Of a DNA stretch of 64,000 nt, positions 55,169-64,000 are shown in pieces. The translations under genes and the position numbers were made by a program. This DNA is from Burkholderiaceae bacterium. GTDB lineage: Bacteria > Pseudomonadota > Gammaproteobacteria > Burkholderiales > Burkholderiaceae_A. The notes beneath the pieces are model-generated. The model saw nothing but the letters and a program-made list of their open reading frames with translations. It was not told the origin of the DNA and searched no databases. Location of the stretch: NCBI GenBank assembly GCA_004214155.1, contig SGYQ01000002.1, positions 17,429-81,428 on the forward strand. The letters run 5' to 3'. Each line of letters begins with the position of its first letter. Within the stretch, counting starts at the first letter, position 1.

Positions 55169-55652
55169 CCTCTTCCCTCTTTAATAAACAGAGAACACCA
55201 ACGCCAGCAGTAAAAATAACAACTACCTCGCCCATAGTATCAAAACCCCGATAACTAGCTAAAATAGCAGTTACTGTATTTATAACTCCCGTTTCATTTA
55301 GAGTGTTTTCTAAAAAATAACTAGACAGATGCTGGTGTATTGGAGTCTCTGCTTCACCGAAGAGAGGTAAGCCAGCTATGCCAATCACCAGGAGAAAGGC
55401 TACTCCTAAGGATATAAATAGTGAAATATAGGAAACTTTTTTGAAACTATCTGTATTATTCCCTACTAATTTTAATGTTGCAAGAAACAAGGTTGTTGTT
55501 ACTCCAACACCAACAGCCGCTTCAGTCATCGCAACATCCAACGCGTCCAGACTTACAAAAATCGCCGTCAAAAGGGCACTGTAAACCGAAGACAATACAA
55601 TTACCTCGATAAGAAATCGAGCCCGCACAAGAGAAACAGTAACGACTGCCAA
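55158..55652 (-). CDS. MrpA C-terminal-like / MbhD-like (DUF4040) membrane subunit
   Basis: LDALDVAMTEAAVGVGVTTTLF resembles the DUF4040 motif (APDVALTEAAVG). 164 aa, 4-5 TM. Confidence 0.7.
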   Translation of the reverse strand: MAVVTVSLVRARFLIEVIVLSSVYSALLTAIFVSLDALDVAMTEAAVGVGVTTTLFLATLKLVGNNTDSFKKVSYISLFISLGVAFLLVIGIAGLPLFGEAETPIHQHLSSYFLENTLNETGVINTVTAILASYRGFDTMGEVVVIFTAGVGVLCLLKREEDDE

Positions 55653-55672
55653 AGAAATTAAAAGGGCACTGT

Positions 55673-55984
55673 TTATAAATGATTCGATAATTTTTCTCCC
55701 TCTGTCTTTTTCTCATGCAATTTTGCGTACATAGCTAAAACATGAGTTGAGGTAGGCGCAACAATCATCATTAGTATAAATATAAAGAAAAGTTTAATAG
55801 CTAATAACGATGCGCCAGCCAAAATCATCAGGCCTAAGAAAAAGCAAAAAAACCCAAGCGTTTCCATAACGCTTAACGCATGCATACGCTGAAAAATATT
55901 ATTAAATCTTATCAAACCCAAGACACCAATAACCACAAAAAACAATCCAAACGAGATGAACAAATAAGCGAAGAAACTATTCAT
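55673..55984 (-). CDS. mnhG: Na+/H+ antiporter subunit G (MnhG)
   Basis: GVLGLIRFNNIFQRMHALSVMETLG matches the MnhG G..G..R.PD...R.HA motif. Confidence 0.8.
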   Translation of the reverse strand: MNSFFAYLFISFGLFFVVIGVLGLIRFNNIFQRMHALSVMETLGFFCFFLGLMILAGASLLAIKLFFIFILMMIVAPTSTHVLAMYAKLHEKKTEGEKLSNHL

Positions 55985-56273
55985 TTACTGTACTCTTATC
56001 CATCAAATCTTTAGAGGATACGTCAACCTTGCCGTACCTCAATATCCGTAAAAAACCAATTAGGCCAACTAGGTTTAATAACAAGAAGACTAAAACAATA
56101 TCTATAAATTCCGGTCTTCCCATGAAAAAACCAAACGTTAATATTAGCAGTAATAATAAGCTAACTATTACCCCCGATACTTGAATCTTTTTTGCAATAT
56201 CTTTTGTAAACAGTAGAAAAAATAATGCGATAAAAATACACATTGAAAGCACAATCAGAGAGAAACCTAACAC
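55977..56273 (-). CDS. mnhF: Na+/H+ antiporter subunit F (MnhF)-like
   Basis: ORF track 55977..56315. I prefer GTG 56273-56271, 1 nt after the mnhE stop, giving a 98-aa 3-TM protein between the E and G homologues. Confidence 0.6.
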   Translation of the reverse strand: MLGFSLIVLSMCIFIALFFLLFTKDIAKKIQVSGVIVSLLLLLILTFGFFMGRPEFIDIVLVFLLLNLVGLIGFLRILRYGKVDVSSKDLMDKSTVNE

Positions 56274-56274
56274 G

Positions 56275-56736
56275 TTATTTCTCCAGATAAGAAACTCTTT
56301 TGTCCATTTCTCCAACCTCTAATTCATTTAAAGAATTGTTACAAAGAGCATGCACAAATAAATCACCTTGACCTACTTCAATAGTCACTGTCCCGGGCGT
56401 TAGTGTTATAGAATTTCCATAAATCAAGATCCCTAAAGGAGTCCTCTGAGATGCTTTAATTTTCTTCGCATTGGATTTAAATTTTCTAAATCCCAAAATA
56501 GCACTAGAAGTTTTTATTCCGGAAACAACTATTTCTTTTAGTATCCAGGGCAGGTAGCTAACAAAAAATTTTTTATACGAAAAACTGGCTTTGGAGTCGG
56601 AAGACATCATAAGAAACGAATTTATCGCTGTAACTATTATCACCGACACAACTCCAAATGATAATGTTAGCGGCTCATAAACTCCTGAAAATATAAGCCA
56701 CAAAATAGCAAAAAGAGAAAGAGAAATATATGGCAT
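56275..56736 (-). CDS. mnhE: Na+/H+ antiporter subunit E (MnhE)
   Basis: N-terminal LWLIFSGVYEPLTLSFGVV and NSITLTPGTVTIEV..LFVHAL match the MnhE pattern. Confidence 0.75.
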   Translation of the reverse strand: MPYISLSLFAILWLIFSGVYEPLTLSFGVVSVIIVTAINSFLMMSSDSKASFSYKKFFVSYLPWILKEIVVSGIKTSSAILGFRKFKSNAKKIKASQRTPLGILIYGNSITLTPGTVTIEVGQGDLFVHALCNNSLNELEVGEMDKRVSYLEK

Positions 56737-56766
56737 CGATATTTTTAAAACCTGTTAATAAAGTAT

Positions 56767-56844
<78 letters not shown>

Positions 56845-56865
56845 CATTGCGCTAGTTTACAATAA

Positions 56866-57258
56866 TTACGTTTCAATTTTTCCATCAAGAACATCAATAA
56901 CTAATCTAATTTCCTTCTTCAGGTTCTCATAATCACCAGTTGAAATCCTGGCAGTGTGGGCTTTATCAGTTACCCCTTTTGTATTTTTCGAATTCAAAGT
57001 GTCAACGTCTCTTGTTATAGGTTTTTCCTTTAAACTCAACTTAGCCCCGTATATTGTAAAGCCTTTTTCATATAATAAGAATTTTATTTTACTCACTAGC
57101 AAGACATCATTTGCTTGATAGTACCTACGGTTACCTTTCCGTTTACCTGGTGAGAGCTGCGGAAACTCTGTTTCCCAATATCTAAGGACATGAGGTTTCA
57201 CATTGCACAGAGAAGCAACCTCTCCAATCGAAAAATATTTTTTGTCGGGTAGTTCCAT
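56866..57258 (-). CDS. MerR-family transcriptional regulator
   Basis: HTH FSIGEVASLCNVKPHVLRYWETEFPQL...RRYYQANDV. Conserved position downstream of ihfA. Confidence 0.85.
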   Translation of the reverse strand: MELPDKKYFSIGEVASLCNVKPHVLRYWETEFPQLSPGKRKGNRRYYQANDVLLVSKIKFLLYEKGFTIYGAKLSLKEKPITRDVDTLNSKNTKGVTDKAHTARISTGDYENLKKEIRLVIDVLDGKIET

Positions 57259-57345
57259 TACTATCTAAACAGTACCAATCGTTCTACCAAGTGCCGAATC
57301 TTCCCAGTCTTGGATGCTGGAGTATGAATAAGCAGCAGTTAAAAA

Positions 57346-57669
57346 TTATTGCATCCTTTCTTTTAATTTTTGACTAGCATGGAACGTGACAACTTTTCTC
57401 GCGCTTACTGGAATTTGCTGTCCAGTTTTTGGGTTCCTACCAGGTCTCTCAGATTTTCTACGCACATCAAAATTACCAAAACCAGTGAGCTTGATTGATT
57501 CTTCAGATAACAGTGCACTCCTGAGCTCTTCAAAGAAAAGGTCCACAAACTCCTTGGCTTCACGCTTATTTAATCCAACTTTTTCGCATAAGTAATCCGC
57601 AAGATCAGCTTTTGTAATGGTCTTATCAATAGATAGAGATTTATCTGCTTCAGATTGTTCGATACTCAT
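57346..57669 (-). CDS. ihfA: Integration host factor subunit alpha
   Basis: [43 protein letters not shown]. 107 aa. Downstream of pheT. Confidence 0.9.
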   Translation of the reverse strand: MSIEQSEADKSLSIDKTITKADLADYLCEKVGLNKREAKEFVDLFFEELRSALLSEESIKLTGFGNFDVRRKSERPGRNPKTGQQIPVSARKVVTFHASQKLKERMQ

Positions 57670-57724
57670 TTCTAAATCACCATATTTTATTCATCAGAAA
57701 AACCAACGGGAATAGTTTCATTAA

Positions 57725-60220
57725 CTAGGTTCTGATATTAACACCCTCGACGGCCTCCGCCAACTTCACTATACCTGAGCAAGCAACTTCTAGCTCCGAC
57801 TCTTCTAGCGTTTTCCTCGGATCCTGCATTACCACACTAAAAGTAATGCTTTTTTTTCCTTCTGGCAAGTCTTCTCCAACATAAACATCAAATGGAGTAA
57901 CTTTTTTCACTATACTACAACCTTTTGTTTGTTGAAGATTGGATTTAATTGCTTTCAGAATAGTGGCAATCGGACAGTTTTCATCGGCTAAAAATGCCAA
58001 ATCTCTTCGGACCACAGGAAAACGTACAACTCCGGTGATGTTGATTGCTCTTTCTTGACTCAAGTAATCCATACTCACTTCGCAAACAATAGTTGGGCTA
58101 GGAAGTGATAAATCGGAACATAATTGAGGATGTAGTTCTCCAATAAACCCCACAGCTTCCTCATTAAAAAAATTTAGTCCAACAGTTTTTGTTTTTCTTG
58201 TTGTTAATTTCGGCACAATCATTCCTGAGCGCCCAGGATGAAGAACATCGTTTTCCTGTTTTATTTTTTCTATATTAATAGGGGTGGGGGACAGCTCTTC
58301 AATGATCATTTTGATATCGTAAAAATCTAATAAATCATTACTTAAACCCCATTGCTGTTGATAACGTGAGCCACAGCCAATGAAAGAGAGCGTTTTATGT
58401 TGGATGATAGACTGGTTTGATTTAGGCATCCCTGACGATGAATTAATAAATATATTTCCTATTTCAAATAAATTTATCTTTTCCTGCTGATTCCTGTGAT
58501 TTTCCGCTAAAATTTTCAACATTCCTGGAATCTGACTTGTTCTCATTGTGGAGCAGTGCACCGATATTGGGTTTAAAACATTCACCGTATTTGCTTTTTT
58601 ATTGTGTTGAAAAAGAAACCGCTCAGCCAATTCTTTTTCTATGAATCCCATTCCAATGATTTCAAAAAAAGAAACAGCTGTTAAGTAGTCCCTTATTCTT
58701 TCAGTATTTATCATTGGAGCATTTCGTAAACCTGGTTCAATAACACCGGTTGGAATAGTAGCTGGGATATCATCATAACCATGTATCCTAGCAACCTCCT
58801 CTATTAAATCTTCTTCAATTTCTATGTCATAGCGATAAAAAGGCACGACAACATCAAAAGCATCACTATTCGAAGATACATTATTCGCAACTTTAAAACT
58901 CAAATTTGTAAATATGCGGTTAAATTCTGCATTAGTTATATTGATACCCAGCATTTCATTACATCTTTTTTTACTGAAGGTAACTCTCTTCCCATTCTTG
59001 TCAAAAAAAGTTTCAAAATTAATTCTCCCCGGAGTTCCTCCTGCTAGTTCAAGGATTAGATTACAAATGACTTCAAAGTCAGTATCCAAAGTTTCGGGGT
59101 CTACCCCCTTTTCAAATCGGCTCGCAGCTTCGCTAATCACAGAAAATCTTCTCGCCTTGCCTCTGATCAAAGCTGGTAGCCATACAGCAGATTCAACCAA
59201 AATATTGGTAGTATCTGCAGTAACCATAGTCGACCTTCCACCCATTATACCTGCCAAAGCAAGCGGCCCGGTTGAGTCAGCGATTACAATGGTGTCTGCC
59301 AAATTTTCTATCTCCTCGCCATTTAACAGCACGAGCTTTTCAGTAGAATTTCCTTCTCTAATCTCAAGGATTTGTTCTTTTTTATATATTTTATCCAGGT
59401 CAAAAATATGACTTGGTCTGCCTAGCAAAAACATAACATAATTTGAAATGTCAACAAGAGGTGAGATACTTTTCTGTCCGAATTTGTTAAGTTTATGTAC
59501 AAGCCACTCGGGGCTAGAACCCTGATTATTAACTCCCTCAATAACTATACTGGCAAACGCATGGCAAACGTTAGAGCGAACTCCAGCAATAGTGTGGCCA
59601 TGTCCTTCGACCTCGTTCAGGGCCATATTTTCTAGTTTTAAATTTGCCGGATACTTGAGGGTAATAGATTCACTCATAGCGCTTAAATCCCGAGCAATGC
59701 CTCGAACTGAAAAGCAATCGGCCCTATTAGGAGTTGGCTTAATATTAAAAATTTTGTCATTTTTATCCAATACCTCACTAATTTGGGCCCCGAGTTTATC
59801 AGCTACATTACTTTCCAAAACGATTATTCCCTCACCATCATCTGAAAGTCCTAATTCTTTTTCTGAGCACAACATCCCATTGCTAACTACACCTCGAATT
59901 TTAGAGGAGTTAATTTTTAATTTGTTAGATAATACTGCACCCACCTTTGCACAAACTACATATGAGCCTTCCCTAACATTTGGAGCGCCACAGACAATTT
60001 GCAACTCCTCATCAACCAAAACCTTACAAATTTTTAATTTATCCGCATTTGGATGAGCTTTAACACTAAGAACTTTGCCAACAAGAACGGACTTTAACCA
60101 TTTGTCTTCCGAGATAACCTCCTCTACTTCAATGCCACCCATAGTTAGGATTTCAGCTAGCTCATCAGCCGAAAGTTTCGTTTCTATCCATTCACGAAGA
60201 ATTTTTTCTGAAACTAACAT
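57725..60220 (-). CDS. pheT: Phenylalanine--tRNA ligase beta subunit
   Basis: N-terminal tRNA-binding domain (VGKVLSVKAHPNADKLKICKV), B3/4 and B5 regions, C-terminal FDX-ACB-like domain. 831 aa. ATG start overlaps the pheS stop. Confidence 0.95.
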   Translation of the reverse strand: MLVSEKILREWIETKLSADELAEILTMGGIEVEEVISEDKWLKSVLVGKVLSVKAHPNADKLKICKVLVDEELQIVCGAPNVREGSYVVCAKVGAVLSNKLKINSSKIRGVVSNGMLCSEKELGLSDDGEGIIVLESNVADKLGAQISEVLDKNDKIFNIKPTPNRADCFSVRGIARDLSAMSESITLKYPANLKLENMALNEVEGHGHTIAGVRSNVCHAFASIVIEGVNNQGSSPEWLVHKLNKFGQKSISPLVDISNYVMFLLGRPSHIFDLDKIYKKEQILEIREGNSTEKLVLLNGEEIENLADTIVIADSTGPLALAGIMGGRSTMVTADTTNILVESAVWLPALIRGKARRFSVISEAASRFEKGVDPETLDTDFEVICNLILELAGGTPGRINFETFFDKNGKRVTFSKKRCNEMLGINITNAEFNRIFTNLSFKVANNVSSNSDAFDVVVPFYRYDIEIEEDLIEEVARIHGYDDIPATIPTGVIEPGLRNAPMINTERIRDYLTAVSFFEIIGMGFIEKELAERFLFQHNKKANTVNVLNPISVHCSTMRTSQIPGMLKILAENHRNQQEKINLFEIGNIFINSSSGMPKSNQSIIQHKTLSFIGCGSRYQQQWGLSNDLLDFYDIKMIIEELSPTPINIEKIKQENDVLHPGRSGMIVPKLTTRKTKTVGLNFFNEEAVGFIGELHPQLCSDLSLPSPTIVCEVSMDYLSQERAINITGVVRFPVVRRDLAFLADENCPIATILKAIKSNLQQTKGCSIVKKVTPFDVYVGEDLPEGKKSITFSVVMQDPRKTLEESELEVACSGIVKLAEAVEGVNIRT

Positions 60221-61236
60221 CTAAATTGCCCAAGAAATCTCAAGTCATTATCGAAAAACAACCTTAAATCTTTAACTCCGTATTTCAACATGGTAAGCCG
60301 TTCTAGACCCATCCCAAATGCGAAACCCCTTATCTTTTTTGAATTAAGTCCAAAATTTTTAATCACGTTTGGGTGAACCATCCCAGCACCAGCAACCTCA
60401 AGCCATTTGCCTTCCATTGGACCCTCTGAAAACTTAAGATCTATCTCGGCCGATGGCTCGGTAAATGGGAAATAGGAGGGCCTGAATCGAACTGTTAACT
60501 TCGAAGACTCAAAAAATTCTTTTAAAAAGTTTACGTATACACCTTTCAAATTTGAAAAATTAATATTTGGGTCAAGCCAAAGTCCTTCTATCTGATGAAA
60601 CATCGGAGAATGTGTAGAATCGCTATCTACTCTGTAAGTTTTACCCGGACTTATTACCCGTATTGGAGGCTTATGCTCAATTGAATACCTAACTTGAACT
60701 GGGCTGGTATGAGTTCTCAATAAAAGATTTTGACCAAACTCATCTTTATGTTCTACATAGAAAGTATCTTGCATAGAACGAGCCGGATGGTCCTTTGGGT
60801 TATTCAACGCAGTAAAATTAAACCAATCAGTTTCTATTTCGGGACCCTCTGCTATTTCAAAACCCATTCCATAAAAGATTTCTTGTATTCTTCTTAACGA
60901 CTGAGTCAGAGGATGAATTGAACCCTTATTTGCGCCTCTCCCTGGTAGGCTGATATCAATACTTTGTGATTCAAGCTTTTTGCGGATATTATTGTCTAAA
61001 ATTTGTTTTCGGCACTTGAACAAAGCGTTCTCAATTGACTGTTTAGCCAAATTTAACTCATGACCAAATATTTTTTTTTCGGCTGACTCGAGACTCTTTA
61101 ACCGCTGAAAAAGTGAGGCAAGTTTTCCATTCTTGCCTAGAAAAAGCGACTTAGCATTATCTAGATCATGTAACGATTTTGCAGATTCAAATTCCGCCTC
61201 AGCCTGTGAAACAATTAGCTGCAAGTCAGGTTTCAA
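60214..61236 (-). CDS. pheS: Phenylalanine--tRNA ligase alpha subunit
   Basis: Class II motifs [12 protein letters not shown] and [11 protein letters not shown]. The TTG start at 61236 overlaps the rplT TGA (TTGA), and there is no in-frame ATG nearby. Confidence 0.95.
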   Translation of the reverse strand: MKPDLQLIVSQAEAEFESAKSLHDLDNAKSLFLGKNGKLASLFQRLKSLESAEKKIFGHELNLAKQSIENALFKCRKQILDNNIRKKLESQSIDISLPGRGANKGSIHPLTQSLRRIQEIFYGMGFEIAEGPEIETDWFNFTALNNPKDHPARSMQDTFYVEHKDEFGQNLLLRTHTSPVQVRYSIEHKPPIRVISPGKTYRVDSDSTHSPMFHQIEGLWLDPNINFSNLKGVYVNFLKEFFESSKLTVRFRPSYFPFTEPSAEIDLKFSEGPMEGKWLEVAGAGMVHPNVIKNFGLNSKKIRGFAFGMGLERLTMLKYGVKDLRLFFDNDLRFLGQFRC

Positions 61237-61592
61237 GATTGCGTGCTGGCTTTTGCTGTTTCTACAAGTTGCGCAAATGCCGATTTATCAGACACAGCGA
61301 TTTCAGACAATATCTTCCTATCCAGCTCCACACCCGACTTTTTTAAACCAGCGATAAATTTACTGTACGTTATGCCATTGTTGCGACAACCTGCGTTAAT
61401 CCGAACAATCCAGAGTGCTCTGAAAGTTCTTTTTTTGACACGCCTATCCCTGTACGAAAATTGACCAGCCCTGATCACAGCCTGTTTAGCAACGCGATAA
61501 ACGCTCTTCCTCCTGCCCCGAAACCCTTTTGCTTGCGAAAGTATCTTCTTATGCCTTGCTCGGGCGGTAACTCCTCTTTTAACTCTAGGCAT
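61233..61592 (-). CDS. rplT: 50S ribosomal protein L20
   Basis: [18 protein letters not shown]... 119 aa. Confidence 0.95.
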   Translation of the reverse strand: MPRVKRGVTARARHKKILSQAKGFRGRRKSVYRVAKQAVIRAGQFSYRDRRVKKRTFRALWIVRINAGCRNNGITYSKFIAGLKKSGVELDRKILSEIAVSDKSAFAQLVETAKASTQS

Positions 61593-61609
61593 TCAAACTC
61601 TCCTAATGA

Positions 61610-61810
61610 TCATGACGCATACGGCATCATCGACTGGGCACTGCGGGCATCACCTGGAGCCATTTCAACCATTCCACGCAATTGCCTCTTATTTTTTGTT
61701 GTTCTTTTTGTCAAGATATGACGTTTAGTTGCCCTAGCCCTTTTTATAACGCCTTTACCTGTGACTTTAAAACGCTTTGCAGCTGATTTTTTTGTCTTCA
61801 TTTTTGGCAT
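61610..61810 (-). CDS. rpmI: 50S ribosomal protein L35
   Basis: [20 protein letters not shown]... 66 aa. Confidence 0.95.
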   Translation of the reverse strand: MPKMKTKKSAAKRFKVTGKGVIKRARATKRHILTKRTTKNKRQLRGMVEMAPGDARSAQSMMPYAS

Positions 61811-61834
61811 ATCTATACCCTATTAATTAGTTAG

Positions 61835-62353
61835 CTACTTTTTTTTCGGTGCCAAAACCATTACTAACTGCCTACCTTCAAGTTTTGGTACCTGCTCAAC
61901 AACAGCGTCATTTTCCAAATCAGCCCTAATTCTTTCCAACATTTGCATCCCAAACTCCTGATGAGCAATCTCTCTTCCCTTAAACCTCATTGTTACTTTC
62001 GCCTTATCGCCTTCGCTTAAAAAACGAACTATATTTCTTACTTTGACCTGGTAATCGTTTTCCTCTGTTCCCGGCCTAAACTTTACCTCTTTAAGCTGTA
62101 TGGTCCTTTGCTTAAGCCTAGCATCGTGGGCTTTTTTCTGCCTCTGGTACCGAAATTTTCCAAAATCCATCAATCGGCAAACAGCTGGGTTGGCTTGCGG
62201 GGCAATTTCAACTAAATCGACTTCTGCCTCATCTGCCAATTTTTGAGCTTCCCCCAGAGACACAACACCTAAAGCCTCATTGTTCAACCCCAGTAGCCTA
62301 ACTGTTGTTGATACTATGTCCCCGTTAATTTTATATTCTTTTTGCGTACTTAT
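61835..62353 (-). CDS. infC: Translation initiation factor IF-3 (non-AUG start)
   Basis: The ORF track starts at TTG 62287 (150 aa), but my manual upstream translation continues in frame as ..[31 protein letters not shown], which aligns with the IF-3 N-terminus (RINGEIR..VRL.G..GE.LG). An in-frame TAG at 62362-60 bounds it. ATA at 62353-51 (GGGAAG 9 nt upstream) or ATT at 62329 are the candidate starts; ATA gives 172 aa. Confidence 0.85.
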   Translation of the reverse strand: MSTQKEYKINGDIVSTTVRLLGLNNEALGVVSLGEAQKLADEAEVDLVEIAPQANPAVCRLMDFGKFRYQRQKKAHDARLKQRTIQLKEVKFRPGTEENDYQVKVRNIVRFLSEGDKAKVTMRFKGREIAHQEFGMQMLERIRADLENDAVVEQVPKLEGRQLVMVLAPKKK

Positions 62354-62384
62354 TTTAAGCTACTTCCCATTCCATTCATTACCA

Positions 62385-64000
62385 TTATGTATCTTGCTCC
62401 AATTCTCGTGTCATATCTTCTAAGAACTTGCTTAGTAACATGGAGTTAGACTCCTTATTTCCCCTCCTCCGCACGGAAACTAAGCTCTGCTCTACTTCAG
62501 CCCTCCCAACTACTAATACAACTGGGAGTTTCATTAGACTAAACTCTCTGATTTTATAGGTTATTTTTTCGTTACGCAAGTCTTCTACTACCCTTATGCC
62601 TCTCGAAACTAATTCTTTTTTAACTTTTGACGCATATTCATTTTGATCACGCGAAATCGTAGCTATTCCAACCTGATTGGGCGCTAACCATAACGGAAAA
62701 GCCCCACCATAATTCTCTATTAATATACCTATAAATCTTTCCAACGAACCCAAGATAGCCCTGTGTAGCATTACCGGGGTTTCCCTCCTATTATCCTCTG
62801 AAACATACTCTGCCCCTAATTGCTTTGGCATATTAAAATCAATTTGAATAGTCCCACATTGCCAAACTCTACCGATACTGTCTTTGAGAGAGTATTCAAT
62901 CTTTGGGCCGTAAAACGCACCCTCACCAGGAATAATTTCCCAATCAACCTTCGATTGAACTAGTGCATTTTTTAACGCTTCCTCCGATTTGTCCCATATT
63001 TCGTCGGACCCTACCCTTTTTTTTGGACGGGTTGATAATTTATAAATTATTTTTTCAAACCCGAATTTTAAGTAAACCTTCTTCAGCTGACTGGTAAATA
63101 GATATACTTCCTCCTGAATCTGATCTTCAGTACAAAATATGTGACCATCGTCTTGAGTAAAATTTCGAAGACGAAACAAACCATGAAGAGCTCCAGATGG
63201 TTCATTTCGATGACATGAGCCAAATTCTCCAAGCCTCAAGGGTAAGTCCTTGTAGCTTCGTAATTTTCCATTAAACACCTGAACGTGGCCTGGGCAATTC
63301 ATAGGCTTGATTGCATATTCTCTATTTTCTGATGCCGTAAGAAACATATGCTCTTTATAATGTTCCCAATGGCCTGACTTTTCCCAGAGGCTTTTATCTA
63401 GCATCATTGGACATCTAACTTCTTGAAATCCGCTTATTCTATATATATCCCGCATATACTGCTCAACGATATTCCACAAAGCCACACCGTTTGGGTGCCA
63501 AAAGACCATCCCAGGAGCAAAATCCCGATAGTGAAATAAGTCTAATGACTTGCCTATCTTTCTGTGGTCTCTTTTCTCAGCTTCTTCAAGTCTAAAAAGA
63601 TAGTCACGTAATTCGCTTTTGCTAGCCCACGCGGTTCCGTAAACTCGCTGTAACATCTCATTTTTACTATCACCTCGCCAATAGGCTCCAGAAACCTTTA
63701 AAAGTTTAAATGCTTTCAATTTTCCTGTTGAAGGCACGTGAGGTCCTCTGCACAAGTCAACAAAAGTCCCTTCCCTGTATAGAGTGATATCTTCACTCTC
63801 TGAGATGTCCTCTATGATCTTAGCTTTATAATACTCACCCTGCGATTTAAAGAAATCTATAGCCTCGTCTCTTGACCATACCTCACGAATTACTTTTTCA
63901 TTTTTCTTCGCAAGCGCAATCATTTTGTTTTCTATTTTAACTAAATCTTCTGGAGTTAATGGACGGGAATATGCGAAATCGTAATAAAAACCGTCCTCTA
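62385..64000 (-). CDS. thrS: Threonine--tRNA ligase; partial, N-terminus lies beyond the window end
   Basis: Class II core ([35 protein letters not shown]) and the anticodon-binding domain. My translation upstream of the track Met stays open to 64000 ([26 protein letters not shown]...), matching the ThrS editing/second-additional domain junction. Confidence 0.95.
   Translation of the reverse strand, partial: EDGFYYDFAYSRPLTPEDLVKIENKMIALAKKNEKVIREVWSRDEAIDFFKSQGEYYKAKIIEDISESEDITLYREGTFVDLCRGPHVPSTGKLKAFKLLKVSGAYWRGDSKNEMLQRVYGTAWASKSELRDYLFRLEEAEKRDHRKIGKSLDLFHYRDFAPGMVFWHPNGVALWNIVEQYMRDIYRISGFQEVRCPMMLDKSLWEKSGHWEHYKEHMFLTASENREYAIKPMNCPGHVQVFNGKLRSYKDLPLRLGEFGSCHRNEPSGALHGLFRLRNFTQDDGHIFCTEDQIQEEVYLFTSQLKKVYLKFGFEKIIYKLSTRPKKRVGSDEIWDKSEEALKNALVQSKVDWEIIPGEGAFYGPKIEYSLKDSIGRVWQCGTIQIDFNMPKQLGAEYVSEDNRRETPVMLHRAILGSLERFIGILIENYGGAFPLWLAPNQVGIATISRDQNEYASKVKKELVSRGIRVVEDLRNEKITYKIREFSLMKLPVVLVVGRAEVEQSLVSVRRRGNKESNSMLLSKFLEDMTRELEQDT

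Noticed and set aside
61233-61236. Possible pheST leader/attenuator (pheM-like) between rplT and pheS
   Set aside because: There is no intergenic space. The pheS TTG start overlaps the rplT TGA (TTGA), so an enterobacterial-type attenuator cannot be present.

Overview
This is 64 kb of an AT-rich, very tightly packed Gram-negative chromosome with many 1-8 nt gene overlaps and almost no intergenic space. The synteny thrS-infC-rpmI-rplT-pheS-pheT-ihfA-merR-tRNA-Pro and mdh / sdhCDAB-sdhE-gltA looks betaproteobacterial to me, but that is inference because no search was possible. Contents from left to right: (1) 1-7503: a 7-gene nonulosonic-acid pathway of legionaminic-acid type, plus an O-antigen-ligase-like membrane protein. 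(2) 7561-17292: phaC-phaB-phaR-rimO-phaA, pgeF, rluD, bamD and zapE. (3) 17308-23301: gltA-sdhE-sdhBADC and divergent mdh. (4) 23469-26731: an orphan ~390-aa protein, then a BtuB-like TonB-dependent receptor preceded by a cobalamin riboswitch that I read directly from the minus strand. (5) 27066-33847: a complete System I cytochrome c maturation operon, ccmI-ccmAB(fused)-CDEFGH. (6) 33850-49416, the stand-out locus: two stand-alone cNMP-binding-domain proteins and an MBL-fold hydrolase, followed by a translationally coupled operon. That operon encodes a 2017-aa TpsA-type exoprotein with a ~400-aa PPGD-rich tail, a signal-peptide-bearing TPR-CHAT (caspase-like) protease, a small exported orphan protein, a CHASE2-sensor class III adenylate cyclase and a ShlB/FhaC-type TpsB transporter. 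(7) 49418-56736: a 10-gene Mrp/Mbh-order cation/proton antiporter cluster. (8) tRNA-Pro(GGG), a merR-like gene, ihfA, pheTS, rplT, rpmI, infC (non-AUG start) and the 3' part of thrS. I saw no CRISPR array, transposase, integrase or rRNA. All domain calls are by-eye motif recognition on the supplied translations or on my own manual translations; no database search was run.
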